From Geosiphon pyriformis uo1 (taxonomy: Eukaryota > Fungi > Glomeromycota), in the NCBI GenBank assembly GCA_016748015.1, contig JAAOMT010000777.1, positions 4,347 through 68,346 on the forward strand: a stretch of DNA of 64,000 bases, in the 5' to 3' direction. The notes below the pieces were generated by a model. That model ran no database searches. It was not told where the DNA came from and saw nothing but the letters and a program-made list of their open reading frames with translations. The translations under genes and the position numbers were made by a program. Positions 14,331 through 29,300 of this stretch are shown piece by piece (position 1 is the stretch's first letter; each line of letters starts with the position of its first letter).

Positions 14331-14596
14331 CATAGTATGTTAGTGTATCATTGTCTTTTTTTGTCACATCTACTAATCCTCTGTTATACTAAAAAGATGA
14401 AAAAAAAAACACAAAAGAGCATATACAGTGCAATAAGAATAGAACAATAATTATTATTGTTCTAATCTATAGTAATTTCTTACTGGCAGAAAACTATTAT
14501 TGAATTGTGCAATATTAATAAAATCAATAAAACTTGCCAAATATGGTGTGAAAATTTTACAAAATAATAAAAATTTATATATAGAATTAACTGTAT

Positions 14597-15790
14597 ATGA
14601 AAGATTATAATAATAATGGTTCAACCAAATATAAAAAAGCAATATATTTCCTGGAAATAGGTTGTAAATGTGGTTCAAAAATAATTTTAAAAAAGAAGTT
14701 TGCTAAATTACATGAAGCATTTCACACTTACTCTAAATTTGAACAAAACATATTTTTAATAGTCCAGCTAAAAGCAATAAATGATAGAGAAATAACTACC
14801 AGCCAACTTTTTAAAAAGAAAATGTATACTAATAAAAAAACTTTTTATTATTAAGATCACAATACACTTTTTTGTTAGAAAATATATCTTAACATGTTAG
14901 GAATTGGTCATATTTACTTTGAAAACATTAAAAATTACTTAATAACATATAATATAATACTATGCATTTATAGTAACATAAAATAAATACCATGATAAAA
15001 AACTAAAATAACAATTGATATAATCATTGCTACCACTGTGAAAAATTTTCTCGAGAATTACACTGAAATACATAGATTATTAAGTCTTGGTAAAAATGTT
15101 AACCAAATTACTCAATTGCATATATTTTTACTAATCAAAACTAGTTATAAATCAGTCTATTGTGATTTTATTGTAGATTTTGAAAATGATAAAACATTGA
15201 AATTGTTAAAATATGATGCATTTTGCAAGTTATGGCATTAATTAACACTTTATATTCAAATTATGAATTAAAGAACCAATTTATGTAATACTTGTTACCA
15301 TTTTTAGAATGATTTACAATACAATACTTGCAAAGAAGAAGAGGCAAAAAATTTATTGAAAAATTTAAAAAAACATCTAGTTAAGGCTAAATTAAAGAGA
15401 AACTATTACAACAAAAATACAAAATTAACAGAACAACAAAGATAATTAGTAGACAAGAATTATCTTGTAACAGAAGTTAAAGCTGATTATTGTAATGTTG
15501 ATGTTACTGCTCATTACAGTTATGATTGAGCACAAAATGTTCACATTTCACATTCTGATCAACAGGTAAAATTTATTATCTTAGTCTGCATAAAGTGTAT
15601 TTATTTGGTATATAAAATAAAACAATATGTAAACAAATTAATTACGTTCTCAATAAAGGCAAAATAATAGGCAAAAATCCTAATGGTATACCAAATCTGG
15701 TTTTTGATGGAATAAAAAATTGAATAAAAGTAAAAAACATTTGAAAATTATTTGTAACAATATGAGTGGTCAAAATAAAAATAATGTTAT
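14597..15790 (+). pseudogene. Sola-like DDD transposase pseudogene, 3'-truncated
   Basis: GCKCG; FLENYTEIH; LWH..IQIM..RTNLCNTC; AHYSYD*AQNVH; KVYLFGI; QINYVL..GKNPN; ICNNMSGQNKNN (DNC.GQNKN motif). Confidence 0.7.
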
Positions 15791-15984
15791 AGTGTAAATC
15801 ATTTATAATCATCAAAAATGTAGATCAGTCTAAAATTTTAAATAATGATCTTTATGTGTTTTTATTTATATAATTAAATTTTATTGGTTAATATACATGT
15901 GGTTTTAATATATTATTTATAAAAAAAAAAATTTTATTAAATTTTATATAATATTAAACCAAATACAGTATTACAAAGTTTGAA

Positions 15985-16256
15985 TATTATCTGGAATTTT
16001 TTTATAAGATTTCTACTTTTTTATAGCATATTTTACTAATTTTTAATCAAGATCTTTTTTATAAAGATTCATATAACATCAATATTTTCTTGAAAATTGT
16101 TTAATAATTATTAAAAATCCTGATTTAAGATTTTCAAGCACTGTTTTTTGTAATCTTTTCCATAAATAATCATATTATTACATATATATTTTTTAGCAGC
16201 TTTTTAATATCTTTTAATAAAATTTAATTCACAATGAAATTTTGAAAAAAATACAC
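15985..16256 (-). pseudogene. DDE transposase copy T2, 3' piece
   Basis: Reads IFF.KFHCELNFI.RY..AAK...LQKTV...YMNLY...KYAIKK*KSY. Joins in register to the 26033 piece (HKC|IF) once element E and one 4-bp TSD copy are removed. Confidence 0.8.
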
Positions 16257-17201
16257 TATTACTGAAGATTTTTGGTTTCTTTTCTTAAATGTTGTTAATA
16301 CTTAATTGCTGTAAATTAATGCTTTCTGAAAGTAGTTGAACCTTTGATAACTGAATTTACTTTTCAAATTATCTTCTATAATTTAAACTGCTAAACTTAT
16401 AAGTAAAATAGCCAATTCTGTGCCAATTATATTATGTAGTTATATTGTAATAAATATCAACTTTTTTTTAGGAATTGCTTATCTGAAAGCTTGCTAAAAT
16501 TGTGTAATTACTTTGTAGTAAAAGTCAACTCTTCTATAGAAATCTTGTTTGTAAACTATCCTAATGATTATAATAAGAAAAATAAAAGAAAATAAAAAAA
16601 ATATAAAAGAATTGGAATTTTGTGAAGAGAATCATTTTCTGATCTAGGCCTAGAGTCATTAACAGTTTACTAAAATTGGTAGCTAATTAATTTCAAAAAG
16701 TTAGTAGAGTTTTCAGAGAATTTTAAGTGCAATTTTTAATTAAAAAATTTGGTTTTCAAGTATTGATTTTTATTTGATTTTTTTTTAAAAAAGTAAGAAA
16801 AATATCTATGGTAAGATAATTTTAATAAAAAATATATTTTTTTGAAGAAAAAAGCTTTTTTTTTATACAACTTGTTATAATACTAATTTATAAACTTAAA
16901 TTTTTTTTTGCTATGATTTTGACAAACTAAAGATACATTTTGGTAAATTAAAAGTTATTTCAGTAAACTATTTGTAATTTCAGTAAACTATTCATAATTT
17001 CAGTAAATTTTTACAAATTTTTGTGAATTTTTGAATGTTACATAGTTCAGAATATTGTATAATTTAATCATCTTAATTTCTATTATACAAATTAGGTTAT
17101 TAATTAAATAATAATATTCGATAATTTGATTAAATAATAAGTTATAATTTGAAATGATATTAATATATGCTAATTAATAATACGAATTATAAAGATAATT
17201 T
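16257..17201 (-). repeat. 3' LTR of E (its start and the PPT are deleted)
   Basis: Matches 25056-~25998. Relative to 31860-31955, about 89 bp are missing between two TAATTTT microhomologies. Confidence 0.85.
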
Positions 17202-17204
17202 TAA

Positions 17205-17792
17205 GATAGTGATCCAAAATTATTGAAGTAATTTGGTCTGAAAATTGTTGAAATTTTAGTTTTGTGAGTTTGCCAATTTATTAAATTTTTATTGGTTGAA
17301 GTATTGGATTTTGTAGGACATTCTCACAAGTATTGAATAGGTCATAGAGTCTATAAGCTGTTTTAAGTTTGTAATAAGTGTTTGTTAATTCAACTGCTGT
17401 CTTAAATTTGTTGTGAATTTGTTTTTGTATAGCTTCTAAAGTGAGGTTTGTTGTTGCAAGTTCCAGTTTTTGTTCATAAAATGTTCTTTTAATATAAAAA
17501 TATCTAAATATGGAGATATATTCATAACTTTATTTATTAAGAAACAGTTGAAGCTTTTGTTGGGTTGTGGCATTTGGTATAATATCAATAGGAACAAATA
17601 AAAATTTTTTTTTAAGACTTGTTTCAAGAGTTCTGGCAATTGAATTTCAGAATAACTTCTTATATTTCTTCTATAAGGGTGATAATTTTGCAAATTGTTT
17701 ACTACTTGGACTGTAATTTCTTTTGGAATGTAATTAATTTGACTTCTATTGATCATTATGGATAAGTTAAAAAGTGTTTTTAAAGCTAACAT
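17205..17792 (-). pseudogene. E ORF3 (unknown function, env position)
   Basis: ORF 17436-17792 continues past a stop into KTAYRLYDLFNTCENVLQNP...IGKLTKLKFQQFSDQITSII. Aligns with ORF3 of A. Confidence 0.7.
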
Positions 17793-17989
17793 TAATTTGT
17801 AAGATATTTGTTAAATGTTTCGGAGAATAAACATTATAATAAAAATAAATTTTTAGAAATAAAAAAAACGAAAAAAAAATAATTTTTAGTATATAAGTTT
17901 TATATATTTTTGAATTTGGTTATTTTTTGATAATTATTTTACTATTTTTGATTAATGTTTCTGTATTTGTAGAGAGATTATTAATAAAA

Positions 17990-19367
17990 TTAAATGTTTA
18001 ATTTTTGTTTTATTATAACTCTTAGTTCTAAATTTTGAAGAATGTCTTTAGGATTAATTAAAGAAAAATATGTACCAATTTGTGAAATTGACAATTTAGG
18101 ATTATTTCTGAAATAATAGTGCTTTAGTCAATTTCCATGTGCAATTTTAGCTAAGATTTTGTTATTAAGTCTTAACTTGTATAATTTATTGTCTAAAATT
18201 TCATAAATATAAAATGATTTATCTTATTTATGTTCAAATTTTCTACTTTATTGTTTTTCAATCTTAGTTCTGTATAAGAAAACTTTGTTTCTAACTTTAA
18301 ATTCATTAGTAATTAATGGCAATTTGTTGTTATGCCATTTTTTTTATTAAGCTTAAAAGTGTTTAATATAAGTTGCTGCAATTTATCATTTTTTTTTCCA
18401 ATGTGCTAAGAAAAGTATAAGCTTTTTTTTAAAAAGTTTTTTAAAAGTTTTTTTCTGTAATGGGTTGTACTAGATATGTTTCTACTGTAAAATTACTTGG
18501 TAGTATTGCTGTTTTTCTATAAATAAGATCAAATAGTGTGTATTTTGTAGTATTTTGTTTTAATGTTCTACAAGCTAGTAACATTGATAAAATAAAGATA
18601 TGCTATTCTTGCTTAAAATTGGTTGAGACTTTAGTTAGTAATTTACATAATATTAGTTAAAACATTTTACAAATCTATTTTTTTGGAAATAATAGAGTAA
18701 TAAAAAAAGTTTTTTGATGTTAAATTATTCACAAATTCTAGTATCAATTTGTTTACAAAGTGTATTTTTAATTAAATAAAAGTTTAATTGGGCATTTATA
18801 TCTACAAATTATGTATTCATATATAAAATTTGCTATTGATTTTGTGTATATTCTTTAGATGATTCTGGTTTCAAGCCATTTGATAAGGTAATCTACTACA
18901 ACTATTATATATTGGTTTCCTTGAGTGGTAATAGATAGTGATCCAATTAAATCAATACCAACTTTGTTAAAAGATTATTCAACTTTGATTGGATTTAGAG
19001 ATTCAGTGAGGTGAATTTTTTCTTTTCTTTAACAACTATTACATGATTCTATATACTGTCAAATGTTTTTTTGCATGTAAAGCCAAAAATAATATTCAAG
19101 TATTTTTTGAATTGTACTGTCTTTTCCTAAATATGCTAATAATAAATCTGTGTACATGTTGTATAAGATTGTTTTTTTTTTATTTTCTTGTACTAATTGG
19201 AATAAGTTGATTAGATTTTGGTGATTTTGATAATAAATTTTATTATGATAAATAAAATATTATTTGGATTGTTGTTTTAATTGGTGTTTTTTATTTAAAG
19301 ACAAGTTTTTAGATATAGTAAGTGTCTTTAAATAGTTTTTGATATTGTTGTAAGTTTTTGAATCTAT
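17990..19367 (-). pseudogene. E integrase (separate ORF)
   Basis: (M>I)DSKTYNNIKNYLK after the RH stops, MYTDLLLAYLG and CNSC (HHCC), GIDLIGSL, LEH*NK, and terminal LQNLELRVII. Confidence 0.75.
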
Positions 19368-19433
19368 TGTTGTTAATTTTGTTGTTTATTAAGCTAATAA
19401 GTTGTTGGTGTTTTGTTTGTGTGAGTGTTGTTA

Positions 19434-22400
19434 TTAATTTTGCCTCATTTTTAAAAGGCTATTAACATTAGTGTGTAGTTTGTCAGATTTGTGATGGACA
19501 ATAAATTTGTAATTTGCTAAGAAATCAATTTATTAAGATTGTTTGACACTAAGTCCAGTTTTTTTTTGTTAAGCCATTTGAGACTAATATTATCTGTGAT
19601 AATATTGAATTTCTTGCTATTTTGAAGATATTGTTGAAAATGTTTAAAAGCCCAAATAACAGCTGTTGCTTCTAGTTTTGTTGAGCCATATTTTGTTTCT
19701 GGAGATTTTAATGTTTTGCTGACATAAACAATAACTTATTTATTGACATTGTGATCCAATTATAATAGAATAGTATTAAATACTATGTATAAAGCATCAG
19801 TGGCTAATTGGAATTATTTGTTGAAGTCTGGATAGGCAAGAACTGGTACTGTTGTCAATTTTACTTTGAAAGTTTCAAAAGCTTTTTGCTATTCATTAGT
19901 CTATTAATATAAGATATTTTTGTTGATAAGATAATTGAATGGTTTTGCAATTTCAGAAAATTCTTTGATGAATTTTTAATAGTAAGAGGTTAATTCAATA
20001 AATTTTCTTAATTCTATAGTATTTCTGGGAGTTTTGAAGTTTTTAACAGTGTTAATTGTTTTTGGATTAGGTTAAACTCTATCTTTGCTGATAATATATC
20101 CAAGAAAAATTAAGCTTGTTTTTCCAAAGTGATATTTTTTAATGTTCAATTTCAGTTCTGCTTTTTATAATCATTGAAATACTTTTTACAGGTGAATCAA
20201 ATAAGTTTTAAATATTAAGAAGTATACATTAGTGTTATTATAGTAAACAACTATTGATTGCCATAAGAGTTCTTTATATACAATATCTATAAGTTACTAA
20301 AATGTTGTTAGTGTATTGTAAAGTCTAAAAAACATGACATTGAACTTGTAGTTTCCTTTTTGGATGGTAAATGCTGTTTTGAATCAATTTTTGGGATCTA
20401 TTTCAACTTGCCAGTATTCACTTTCTAAGTCCAAAGTTGAAAAAAACTTTGGTTTTCTAAAAGCATCTAGCATGTTGTTGATTCTTAGAAGTAGATAGGC
20501 ATTTCCAATTGTTACACTGTTGAGTTAACAATAGTTTACACAAAATCTGATTTTTCCGTTTTTTTTAACAAGAACTATTAATAAAATCCAAAGGCTTTTT
20601 AATAATTAAATAAGATTATTATTAAGCATTTTTTGTATCTTTTCTTTAATAAATTAATAGCTGGCAGATGGACTTAATAGACTTGTTGGTGTTTTGGTAA
20701 AATATCTTCTGTATGGATTTGGTGCTAAACAATATTAATTTTTCTTAAGTCATTGTTGTCTTTTGCAAATATATCAGCAAATTCAGCAATGAGTTGCTTT
20801 AATTGTCTTTGTTATTGGGATTCTAAGAGACTTATGTTGATTCAAGAAAGTTTTTTTTCAATAAAATAGTAGTTTTTAGTAATAGGCAGAATATTTGGGT
20901 TTGAAAGAAAAGTATGTTTCACAATTTCAATAAATTTAGAAACAATTTAAACAGTTTTATCTTGAAAAATATTGCTATGTATTACTCCAATTTTTAATCT
21001 ATTTAATAAGATAATAGAGTAGTTGTTAGGATTATAAAATATAATTCAAAATTTCTTTATTTCTTTTGGAATATAAACATTTGGAATTGAGATTTTATGT
21101 TTCAGACAGATTTGTTCATTGGATTTAAAAATTTGGTAGGTGGTAATTAATTTTGGACAGATGTAAATTTCGTGATATTCTCCAAAGAGTAATATAATAA
21201 TTGGTTATAGAAGTCTAAAAATTTGATAAAATTCAATTTGTATTTTAAGAGTTATGTTTACTAAAACTATAAAATGTTTAGTTGAATTAAAACTTTGAGT
21301 TTTTCTATTACTCTTGCCTAATTGTTTTCTTTAGTTGACTGATTTCAGACCCAAAATTTTGATTAAAAATAGATAAATAACTTGTGCAATCTTTTTAGCA
21401 TGCTTAATTTTGAATGATTTATTAATTTTATTTTATAACATAATAATAATATCTCCAATATATTCTGTATTTATAATTCTTCTTTTAACATTGATTTCTT
21501 TGCTTGCCAATAATAATCAGGAAGCAATTTGAACTATTGCTTCTAGTAAAATTTTGAAACAATTTTAAGATTAATTTTAGTAAAGAACTTTGGTTGGAGG
21601 ACTAAAGTATTTTTGCCAAAATATTATAAGTCATATTCTGCATCAATTTCATGAGCTTTTTCTGGCTTTATTCTTTGTTTATTGTTGTCAAAGTATTTAA
21701 GTTATATAGCAGACTGATTTTTAGTAAAGTAGATTGAGATTGTTGTAATTTTTTCTTCTGGTTCTCCAAATTTAATTTTCTTTTAATTGTTTTTGTTGGA
21801 CAAGAAAATACTAAGAGTATAGTATTCTGAATACTATTAGTCATCACAAAACATGATGCACTCCTTACATAGTTTAATGTTCATTTGTTCTAATTATTAA
21901 ATTTAAGCTTTTTGGATCAGATAAGTATGATTTGCTATTTGGTAGTATGTTTTGACTTTATCTTCATAATCAAATCCAGTTAATTCTATAGTGTATTTAA
22001 AGTATTCTGCTTTTTTTATATGGCTAACATTTTTTTTGGTTCCTCTATTAATCAAAACTATGGCTAGTTTATAAGTTATCTTGGCATTATATGAATAATA
22101 GTAGAGTTTATTAAGAATGCTGTTGTATGCTATATTAAATAAAGTTTTTCTTTTTACTTTTTTAGCAATTGGTAGAACATATTAACAAGTTTGATTACAG
22201 ACTCAATCTTTCATTACAATATCAATCCAGTTGTATTCTTTTGGTAGCATTTTTCTATATGTGAAACAAATAATATTGTTTTATTTTTCACTTCTTTTTG
22301 GATATTTAAATCATTTTCTATAGTATGCTTTACAAAAATAGCATGTTTATTCTTCATATTTCTCCTCTAATAATATGTAAGCTTTAATCTATAAAAGCTT

Positions 22401-25010
22401 TTTATTATAATTTTTGTATTTTAGTAGAATATAAAGTGGTTTTTTTTGTAATTTGGGTGTAAAATAATGAACAATATTCTATTTTTTGAATTCTTCAAAG
22501 ATTTTTTGTCCTGCTTCTTTTGTTCAATTAGATGTTGATCCAAAAGCCATATATGTTTCAGTAATTGGCAATTTTTTCTTCTCTTTAAATTCAAACACTG
22601 AGACTTTTTCTGATTGTTTGTTAAAAGTACTACAAGTAGCAGGTACTCTGGTGTATTGTCTTTAGTATAAGATCTTTAATTCTTGAGTCTCTTAATCTAA
22701 ATTTGCATTGGCTTTAAGAAGCCAGTTATTTTTAACAAGAACTTGATATTGGAATGTATTTATGACAAAAATCTTAACTGAAATAATAATTTCATCAATT
22801 ATAAAAAAAAAATTGTCAATTTCTCTTATTAGTGTTTTTTTTATACTATTAGCTGTAACAATAACCATTTGAGCTGGTTGGTCAATATTTTGTTTGAGTT
22901 GTTACATCAATTGATAAGTAATAATGCTTTTAGCAAATTTACTGTTTAAGATTAAACAAATTGGTTTTTTTTCTATTTTGGTTTCTGTGTACATAGCTGT
23001 GATTGCTTTTTGCTCATTAACTGCTGCATTGTTAAGTAAGAATAATGATTTGTTTGCTTCAAATTCAAATGAAAATATATCTGAGAGATTGACATTTTGG
23101 GCAATTCTGACTGGTAGAATTGTATTGCTAAAAAAATTTTGTTTTAGTGCTGTAACTTCATATTCAAAAAGTGCAGTTTGTTAAAAATCCGATTTTTTTG
23201 GCATTATTAGATAATTGAGTTGAATGTAAAATTGATTAGGTTTTTGCTGAACAGAATTTCGGGGAACTAGTTAATTATTGGGGTTAAATCTGTTGTTGTT
23301 TGTTAAAAAACGGTTTTGTGGTGTAAATTGGTTTTGTTGGACCAGTTTTTTGGCTAGTACTTGATATTATTGAGTGGATGGTGCCTAGTATTGTTAAATC
23401 TATGAAGATTGTTGATATTGTTGTTGTAGTGTAAATTGATAGTAATTATTTTGTTATTGAGGTTTTAAAAAGTAATAAGCTGGTAATAAAAGTTGGTAAT
23501 AAGATTGTTGAAGTTAAAAATAATGTTGATTATTCCTAAATTGTTGGTCTCTTTGTATTTTCCTGCAATATTGTTTCCAGTGTCCTGGAATTCTACAATA
23601 ATGACAACTTTGGAGTTGATTGTTTGATAATGATATATAGTTGTTTTAAAGTTACTGTTGAGATAACTGGTATTTTTGTTGTTGCTGCTGTTGTTGATTT
23701 GTAAAGTAGTTTTTTACTTTTTTTGTAAGTTGATCAATTTTTTTTTCAGCTGCTAAGCTAGTTTTTTTGATTGCAAGATTGACAAATTTGGTGCAATTTG
23801 CTTTTTCTATTGCTATTTTGTAGTTTTTTACATATTAAATAACTGTAGTTAAGTCTTTTAGAGCATGTGGACAAACTTTCTTAATGAGTTTATTTTTTAA
23901 TCCTGCAATAAACTAATCTAAAATCTGGACATTAGAATAGTATTCATTGGTTTCCAATTGTTGAATTCATTAAAGTAGTTTGTTAAACTTTTTAAGATAA
24001 GTCATGACAGATTTAAATGGTTCTTGCTTGATATTTTAGAATTGGTTTTGAAATGTAATAAAGATATTGTTATTTGTAAATTGTTTCAAAAAAGCAGTTT
24101 AGAATGCTTGCCAGTCTTTAAAAGGTTCAGCCAAGTTTTCAAATTATTTACCTGCAGTTTTTTGAAAAAAATAAAGAATAGCTTTGAGCATTCTAGTGGT
24201 GATCTATTTATTTACATCATTTGTTTTTTGGATTTTGTCAAGCCATTTTTGTGGACAAGTGTCAGCATCTTTTCTAGTAAACTCAGTAATTTTTGTGATA
24301 TAGGTAATTGTTATTTTGTTTGTGTTTTTATTTTCAGTGGTTTTTTCTCTATGGATTCAGAAATGTTTTTGCTATTATCAAAGTAATTGCTTTGGTTTTC
24401 TGCTAAGAAGTCAAAAAGATTGATATTAGTAGATATTAATTCTGGTTGTTAAGTAAGACTTTTTGGTGTGATGAAATTTTCTGGTCTTGAAAATCGGATA
24501 AAAAGTAAACTTGGTGTTTGTAGTTGAGCAAATAAAATTAGAAATAGGATAATAAAAAGTAGTAATTTTGAACTGGTTCTTTGTTTAGGTATTTGTAAGT
24601 GTTTAAAAGTTGTATTTGGTGTGTTAAGTGTTATTTGAATTGGTTGAGTGTTTTTTTTACTTGTTTTAGATTTGAGTCAATGTCCAATGAAAATTTAAAT
24701 TGTACTGAATATTTTTTTTTACAGTATTGAATGATGTTGAAGTTGAGTTTTTGAAAGTAGATGTTAAGTATTTACTATTAAAGTCTTTTGTTCCTAAGTG
24801 TAAATAGTGCAACAAGTTTTTGTACAAGTTGTTTCTGATTTCTGAAATGTTATAATTTTCAAAAAGATAATTGTTGATATAGCTCTCAATGTATTGAAAA
24901 AAAAATTTCTTAAAAACTTTAATTTCGTCTTGAATGTTGAATATTTGCTTGCAGTAAGTGTAAATCAATTGATAATACTCTAGAGTTGTTGTGTTATTTG
25001 TAATTGCCAC
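19434..25010 (-). pseudogene. E gag-PR-Cys-rich-dUTPase-RT-RNaseH
   Basis: AAA GTG GCA start. CHYCRIPGHWKQYC near 23560-23610, LILNSKFAKSII (PR), HEIDAEYDL and IAQVIYL (dUTPase), FCVNYC and FSTLDLESEYWQ (RT), HTNVNSL (RH end). Confidence 0.8.
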
Positions 25011-25055
25011 TTTGAATTTGTTGTTGCTATGTTATTTTCATGGAAAAGCACCAAA

Positions 25056-26032
25056 TATTATCAGAGGTTTTTGGTCTCTTTTCTTAAATGTTGTTAATGC
25101 TTAATTGCTGTGAATTTATGTTTTCTAGAAGTAGTTGAATCTTTAATAACTGAATTTACTCTTTAAATTATCTTCTATAAAATGAACTACTGGACTTATA
25201 AGTAGAATAACCAATTTTGTGCCAATTATTTTATGTAGTTATATTGTAGTAAATAAGAACTTTTTTCCAAAAATTATTTGTCTAAAAGTTCACTAAAATT
25301 GTGTGATTACTTTGTAGTAAAAGTCAACTTTTTTACAAAAATCTTGTCTATAGACTACCCTAATAATTATAATAAGAAAAATAAAAGAAAAAAAAAATGT
25401 AAAAGAATTGAGATTTTGTAAAGGGAATTGTTTTCTGGTTTAAACCTGAAATCATTAACAATTTACTAAAATTGGTAGCTAATCAATTTCAAAATATTAG
25501 TAGGGTTTTCAGAAAATTTCAAGTGCAATTTTTAATTAAGAAATTTGGTTTTCAAGTATTTGATTTTTATTTGATTTTTTTTGAAGAAATAAAGAAGATA
25601 TCTATAGTAAGATAATTCTAATAGAAAATATATTTTCTTGAAGAAAAAAGCTTTTCTTTTATACAACTTGTTGTAGTACTAATCTATGAATTTGAACTTT
25701 TTTTTTGCTATAATTTTGACGAATTAAAGATATATTTTGGTAAATTACAAGTTATTTTGGTGAATTATTTGTAATTTCAGTGAACTATTCATAATTTCAA
25801 TGAATTTCTACAAATTTTAGCGAATTCTTAAATATTACATAGTTTAAGGTATTATATAATTTGATCATCCTATTTTCTATTATACAAATTGGATTATTAA
25901 TTAAATAATAATATTTAATAATTTGATTAAATAATAAATTATAATTTGAAATAATATTAATATATGCTAATTAATAATATGAGTTATAAAAATAATTTCA
26001 TGCTAATTAATGACTAAATTCCATTGATAACA
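25056..26032 (-). repeat. 5' LTR of E
   Basis: TG start at 26032, decayed TGATAATA end at 25056, followed by TT+PBS. Matches 16257-17201. Confidence 0.9.
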
Positions 26033-26342
26033 GCACTTATGTTTTATACTTTAGATTAAATTTTCAATTGTATTTTTTTGAGCAAAAAAATCAGATTTCA
26101 AAGATATTATTTAACATGCACAACAAGAAACTCTTAAAAATTTTTGATTTTTTCTTTGTATTTTTGGCATTCTAATACTAATTTTTTTGATGGCCATTTT
26201 TTTTATTCTATTAATACTTGTTTAATTTTTTTAAGTAATTTTTGAAGTTTTTTATCTAAATATGTTTCTGAGAAGATTATTAATTGTAATTAATTATCTA
26301 ATTCAAAAAAAATATTAAAGCTATTATTAAAAGCAAATATGA
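26033..26342 (-). pseudogene. DDE transposase copy T2, middle piece
   Basis: IFAFNNS...KIKQVLIE*..WPS...RVSCCAC*IISL.SDF.AQK...HKC. Bounded by elements E and G. Confidence 0.8.
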
Positions 26343-29300
26343 TGTTATTTATAGAAATTGGGAATTATAATAAGTAGATAAAATAATCAATCAGAAATAA
26401 ACATAGTAAACAGAAAAATTTCAGAATTTCTTTCAAGAAATTGCAGAATTTCAGAAATCTTATATAATAAAAATTATGTATAATGAGAGTATTAAAAGCA
26501 GAAAAAGTAGTATAAATACTCCAGAATATTTTAAAAAATAGTTTTCTATAACTTAAAATAGAATTATATTTATACTAATAAAATATCTATTATTACCCAA
26601 ATATATATTATTATTATTTGATTAAAAAAATATTAATTATTATTATACTAATAATACTTTATGCTAATAGAATCCAATATTTAATTATATTAAACCAATA
26701 GCTCTTAATCATGACTATTAATGAAATACTAATTTCTTATTTTTTTTATTTTTTTGTTATTATTAATTAATTAAAAAAATTAAGCATTGAGTTATTAATG
26801 TCAAAAATAAGTAAAAAATCTAAAAACAAAAATAAAAAACTTAAGAATAGCTTATTAGAAGGGCATAACTACCAAAATAAACTGGTTACTACACTGAAAA
26901 AAAAATTTATGAAAAAAATTATTAATTGAATCTCTGTTTATTATACAAAAAACTTAACCAAAACCGTTAGACACCAAAACCTTCAGAAATTACTATTATA
27001 TTTAACTATTAAGCACCAAGTTATGGGTTTGTTATTTGTTTAAACACTCTAAATAATTACCTATAATATTTGGTGCTTTTTATAAGATATAATCTAACAA
27101 AAAACCAGTATTAACAGCAATCATTCAAATCTATATTACTGTTAATGATAAAAACATTATTATCTAAAATACTATTCCAAAATAATCAAAAAAAAGCCAA
27201 ATTATTAAGAATTTATAACAATTTTTTTAAAGAATTTAAATTATGATCAACAATTCTATTAAGACTTTAATCATTACTATTTTAATCAAATTTCAAATTC
27301 ACCAGTAATTGGGCAAATACCAAGTCAAAAAAAAACAGTGATCAGAAAAATAATAATTAAAACCTAATTTCAAATAACTCAGCAGTTCAAACTCCAATTA
27401 TTTAAACTCTATTAAATTTAAACAATCCAAATTCAGCTCCTATTTTTCCAAAAAACTTATCTTTAATTATCTTAATTAATTTACTGCCAATAGCACAAAT
27501 TGTCACTTAGCAATAACTACAATTAAACAAGAAAACACAAAAGCAGTTACTATTTACTTGAAATACTTTTATTAAAATTTGCACTAAATTTAAACATTTA
27601 ATGCTAACTATTTTATAATATTACAAATTTTGAATCAATTTACTCACAGATTACACAGTAATTTGCTACAATGAATATATTTAATGTACCCAAATATTCT
27701 TTAAGATATAGTCACTTATGTTAGAAATTTTGAATTGGCAAAACTCAAAGCCAACTATTTTTAAACCATAAATCTAATTATAAATGAATTATTTGAATTG
27801 AATTCTAAGCTAAAACAATTTAGTAATTTGATTAACCAAAAATTAGAGATACTTAACTAACAATCTAGCAATCTATTAGCTTTTATAATATTGTGAAATC
27901 AAAGAAACTCCAATTGCTTCCAAAATCAATTGTGTTTATTATTAGCAAATCAATTATAATAATAAAAAACACATAATTATCACTACTGTAGTAAACAAAA
28001 ACATCTAAAAATAGACTATAAAACCAGATTAAATAACTAACAATCAGAAAATCAATATAAAAATTCTAATTACTGGTTTTAAACTCTAAATTATATCCAG
28101 AATCAAGAACAATATTAACATCAAATTTCATATCAACCAATAATATAGCAATTTATATATGTACTTCTAATATATTAAGCTTTAGCACTAGTAATTTATT
28201 AACTGTAGCCACAAGTAATCTATTAACTATAGTCATAAGTAATCTATTAACCCCAATAAATTTAAGCACTGTTCTAAAATACTGTGTTAATATTAACTGA
28301 AAATCAAAGACTGAAAATTATGTACACACAATAAAACTGAAAATCGACAATAATAATACACTAACCAATTCTCAGTTTATTGAACCAGTCATCAAAATTA
28401 CAACAATGAAGTTTGGGAAATAAGTACATCCAAAACCCGAATTCTTAAAACTATTTAAGTCTTTTAGTTATCTTAAAAAATGCTCAATTTAACAACCTAG
28501 AACATTCAAAACAATTATTTTTCAATAATATTCTATCAGCAACAGTTACCAAAAATGAGTTACTTACAGTCATATTTTTTTTAAATTAGAAAAAATCACA
28601 ATAATATTTCTATTTAATAGAGCTGCTTTCAATACCAAACTTATTACAGTTATGTACATAGACACTAAAATCAATGACCAATCTATTAAACTAATTTTTG
28701 ATAATAAATTAGCAGACAGTATCATCACATAACAATTTATGAATCAATTAGATTATTGAATTGATTATATTGCTAGTGCCAAAATTATCACAGCCAATAA
28801 AATAACAATAATTCTTATTGATAAAATTAATAACTTTTTTTTTGAAGTCAATGGCATCATTATATTTATTAAGTTTTTGTTATATAAATTACACAATACC
28901 AATTTCTTATTAATAATAACTGACTGTTTAAGACCAATACTGTGCTTAATTAGAACATTTAAGAATTACAGTTTAATCAAAATAATTAACATATTCAAAT
29001 ACCAGCTATATGCAATTAATTTAAAACAACACAATCACAATTATTAATAGAATTTAAGAAAAAAAATCTATTTGGAAAGTCTATTAAGTTTTGTAAACAG
29101 AAAATAATTACAACAAACTACCACTAATCTTTTTTTGAAACAACAAGGAAAAAGAAAAAAAAAGAATAAATTACATAACACTACTACCAAAAAANNNNNN
29201 NNNNNNNNNNNNNNNNNNNNNNNNNNNNNNNNNNNNNNNNNNNNNNNNNNNNNNNNNNNNNNNNNNNNNNNNNNNNNNNNNNNNNNNNNNNNNNNNNNNN

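Larger units (their letters stand above)
16257..26032 (-). mobile_element. Element E: full-length, heavily decayed family-2 Ty3/gypsy LTR retrotransposon
   Basis: LTRs at 25056-26032 and 16257-~17201. TSD is ACAC (16253-16256) / GCAC (26033-26036). PBS TGGTGCTTTTCC at ~25042-25053. Gag, CCHC knuckle, PR, dUTPase, RT, RH, IN and ORF3 are recognisable. Confidence 0.9.
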
